Assembly: GCF_009914755.1 (NCBI RefSeq)
Contig: NC_060943.1
Direction: 5' to 3' (one strand)
DNA length: 64,000 nucleotides
From: the human T2T-CHM13v2.0 reference genome, Homo sapiens
In this document: positions 63,150 through 64,000 of the stretch, one piece after another
Layout: each line of letters begins with the position of its first letter
How positions within the stretch are numbered: the stretch's first letter is position 1
Position numbers and translations under genes: made by a program
The notes under the pieces: model-generated
What the model saw: the letters and a program-made list of their open reading frames with translations, nothing else
The model's database searches: none
What the model was told of the DNA's origin: nothing

Positions 63150-64000
63150 CCCAGGCCCGCCCACCTTACCTTGCTGCTATCTCCCGCTGGGCCTCATTGC
63201 CCTCTCCTGAGCCCCCCGGGGGCAGACCCCTCACCTACTTTTCTCCAAGGGGTCCTTGTCCTGCCTCCATCTTCCCCACTTTGCAACCGAGCCAGCGGTC
63301 CCTCAAGTGCAATCGCATACATGTCCCAAGGTCAGCCGGTGCCCGGGGCGCCCCACCTCCCCCCTCAAACAGAAAGCCTGGGATTCTCCAGCTGCACCTG
63401 CTGCTGGGTGAGTTCCAGCTGCATCCAACCTACCCCCTCCCCAAAGAGCACAAAGACCACCCAGGTGGAGGGAGCAAACCCACCGCCCCTCACTCCAAGC
63501 TAGGAGAGGCCCAGCAGCTAAGGACGACAGAGACAGGGACGGCGACACGGACGGCACAAGCCGCAGGAGGCCCCGGAACCCTCCAGGGGCAGGAACCTCT
63601 GCTAAGTACCGCCCAGGGCAGGACCCCACGAAAGGAGACCCAGCTGCCCATAAACACCCAGGAAGAAGCCAGAACACGTTAACAAAAGCACCCGAAGATC
63701 AGAAGGGAGGGCAGGACCCTCCCCCTCCAGTGCCCGCAGCAAGAAAACCCAGCCCCTGCCCCCGACCAATGAGGGGCAGGGTAAGAGGGACCGGGGAGTG
63801 GAGGGAACCTGGGGCCTGGGGCCGGTACCCCGCACACTGGCAAAGACAGATACTGGGCCAAACCCACTTCTTTCCCAGAAAGGAGGGCTGGGGGCTGGGG
63901 AGGGAGGGACCCCGGAGCTGGGGGTCTCTGGGTTGGAAGGGCCCGGAGATGGGAGTCTGGGCAGGGGTCTAGGGTGGTGGCCTGGTGGCAGGGGATCATA

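Overview
Human/great-ape, very GC- and Alu-rich genomic DNA that I recognise as the CSNK1G2-BTBD2 locus (19p13.3). Plus strand: the distal part of CSNK1G2 intron 1, then exons 2-12 with a complete spliced CDS (ATG 20270 to TGA 30702, 1248 nt = 415 aa casein kinase 1 gamma 2) and AATAAA at 31815. Minus strand, convergent: BTBD2 exons 2-9 (BTB-BACK-PHR protein; stop 36986, AATAAA at 35963-35968; exon 1 lies beyond the right edge). The rest is dozens of Alus, decayed Tigger1/Tigger2/MER58 DNA transposons, L1M fragments, MLT1/MER21/MER4 LTRs and several minisatellites. Nearly all of the supplied ORF track is Alu-derived or GC-content noise. I see no new gene system. The best leads are regulatory or splicing structures, all hypotheses to test. 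(1) A 19-copy minisatellite 1.1 kb upstream of CSNK1G2 exon 2 in which each unit reads acceptor / 30-nt exon / donor. (2) 9 of the 12 short introns of the two genes are multiples of 3, and 6 are stop-free. (3) The last CSNK1G2 intron places a TAA directly before the CCC palmitoylation motif. (4) Ten UGCAUG motifs lie upstream of the frame-symmetric BTBD2 exon 2. (5) A 38-bp VNTR with a perfect A/B 76-bp higher-order repeat. (6) Three uORFs in the CSNK1G2 5'UTR. Repeat subfamily names and boundaries are by eye and approximate.
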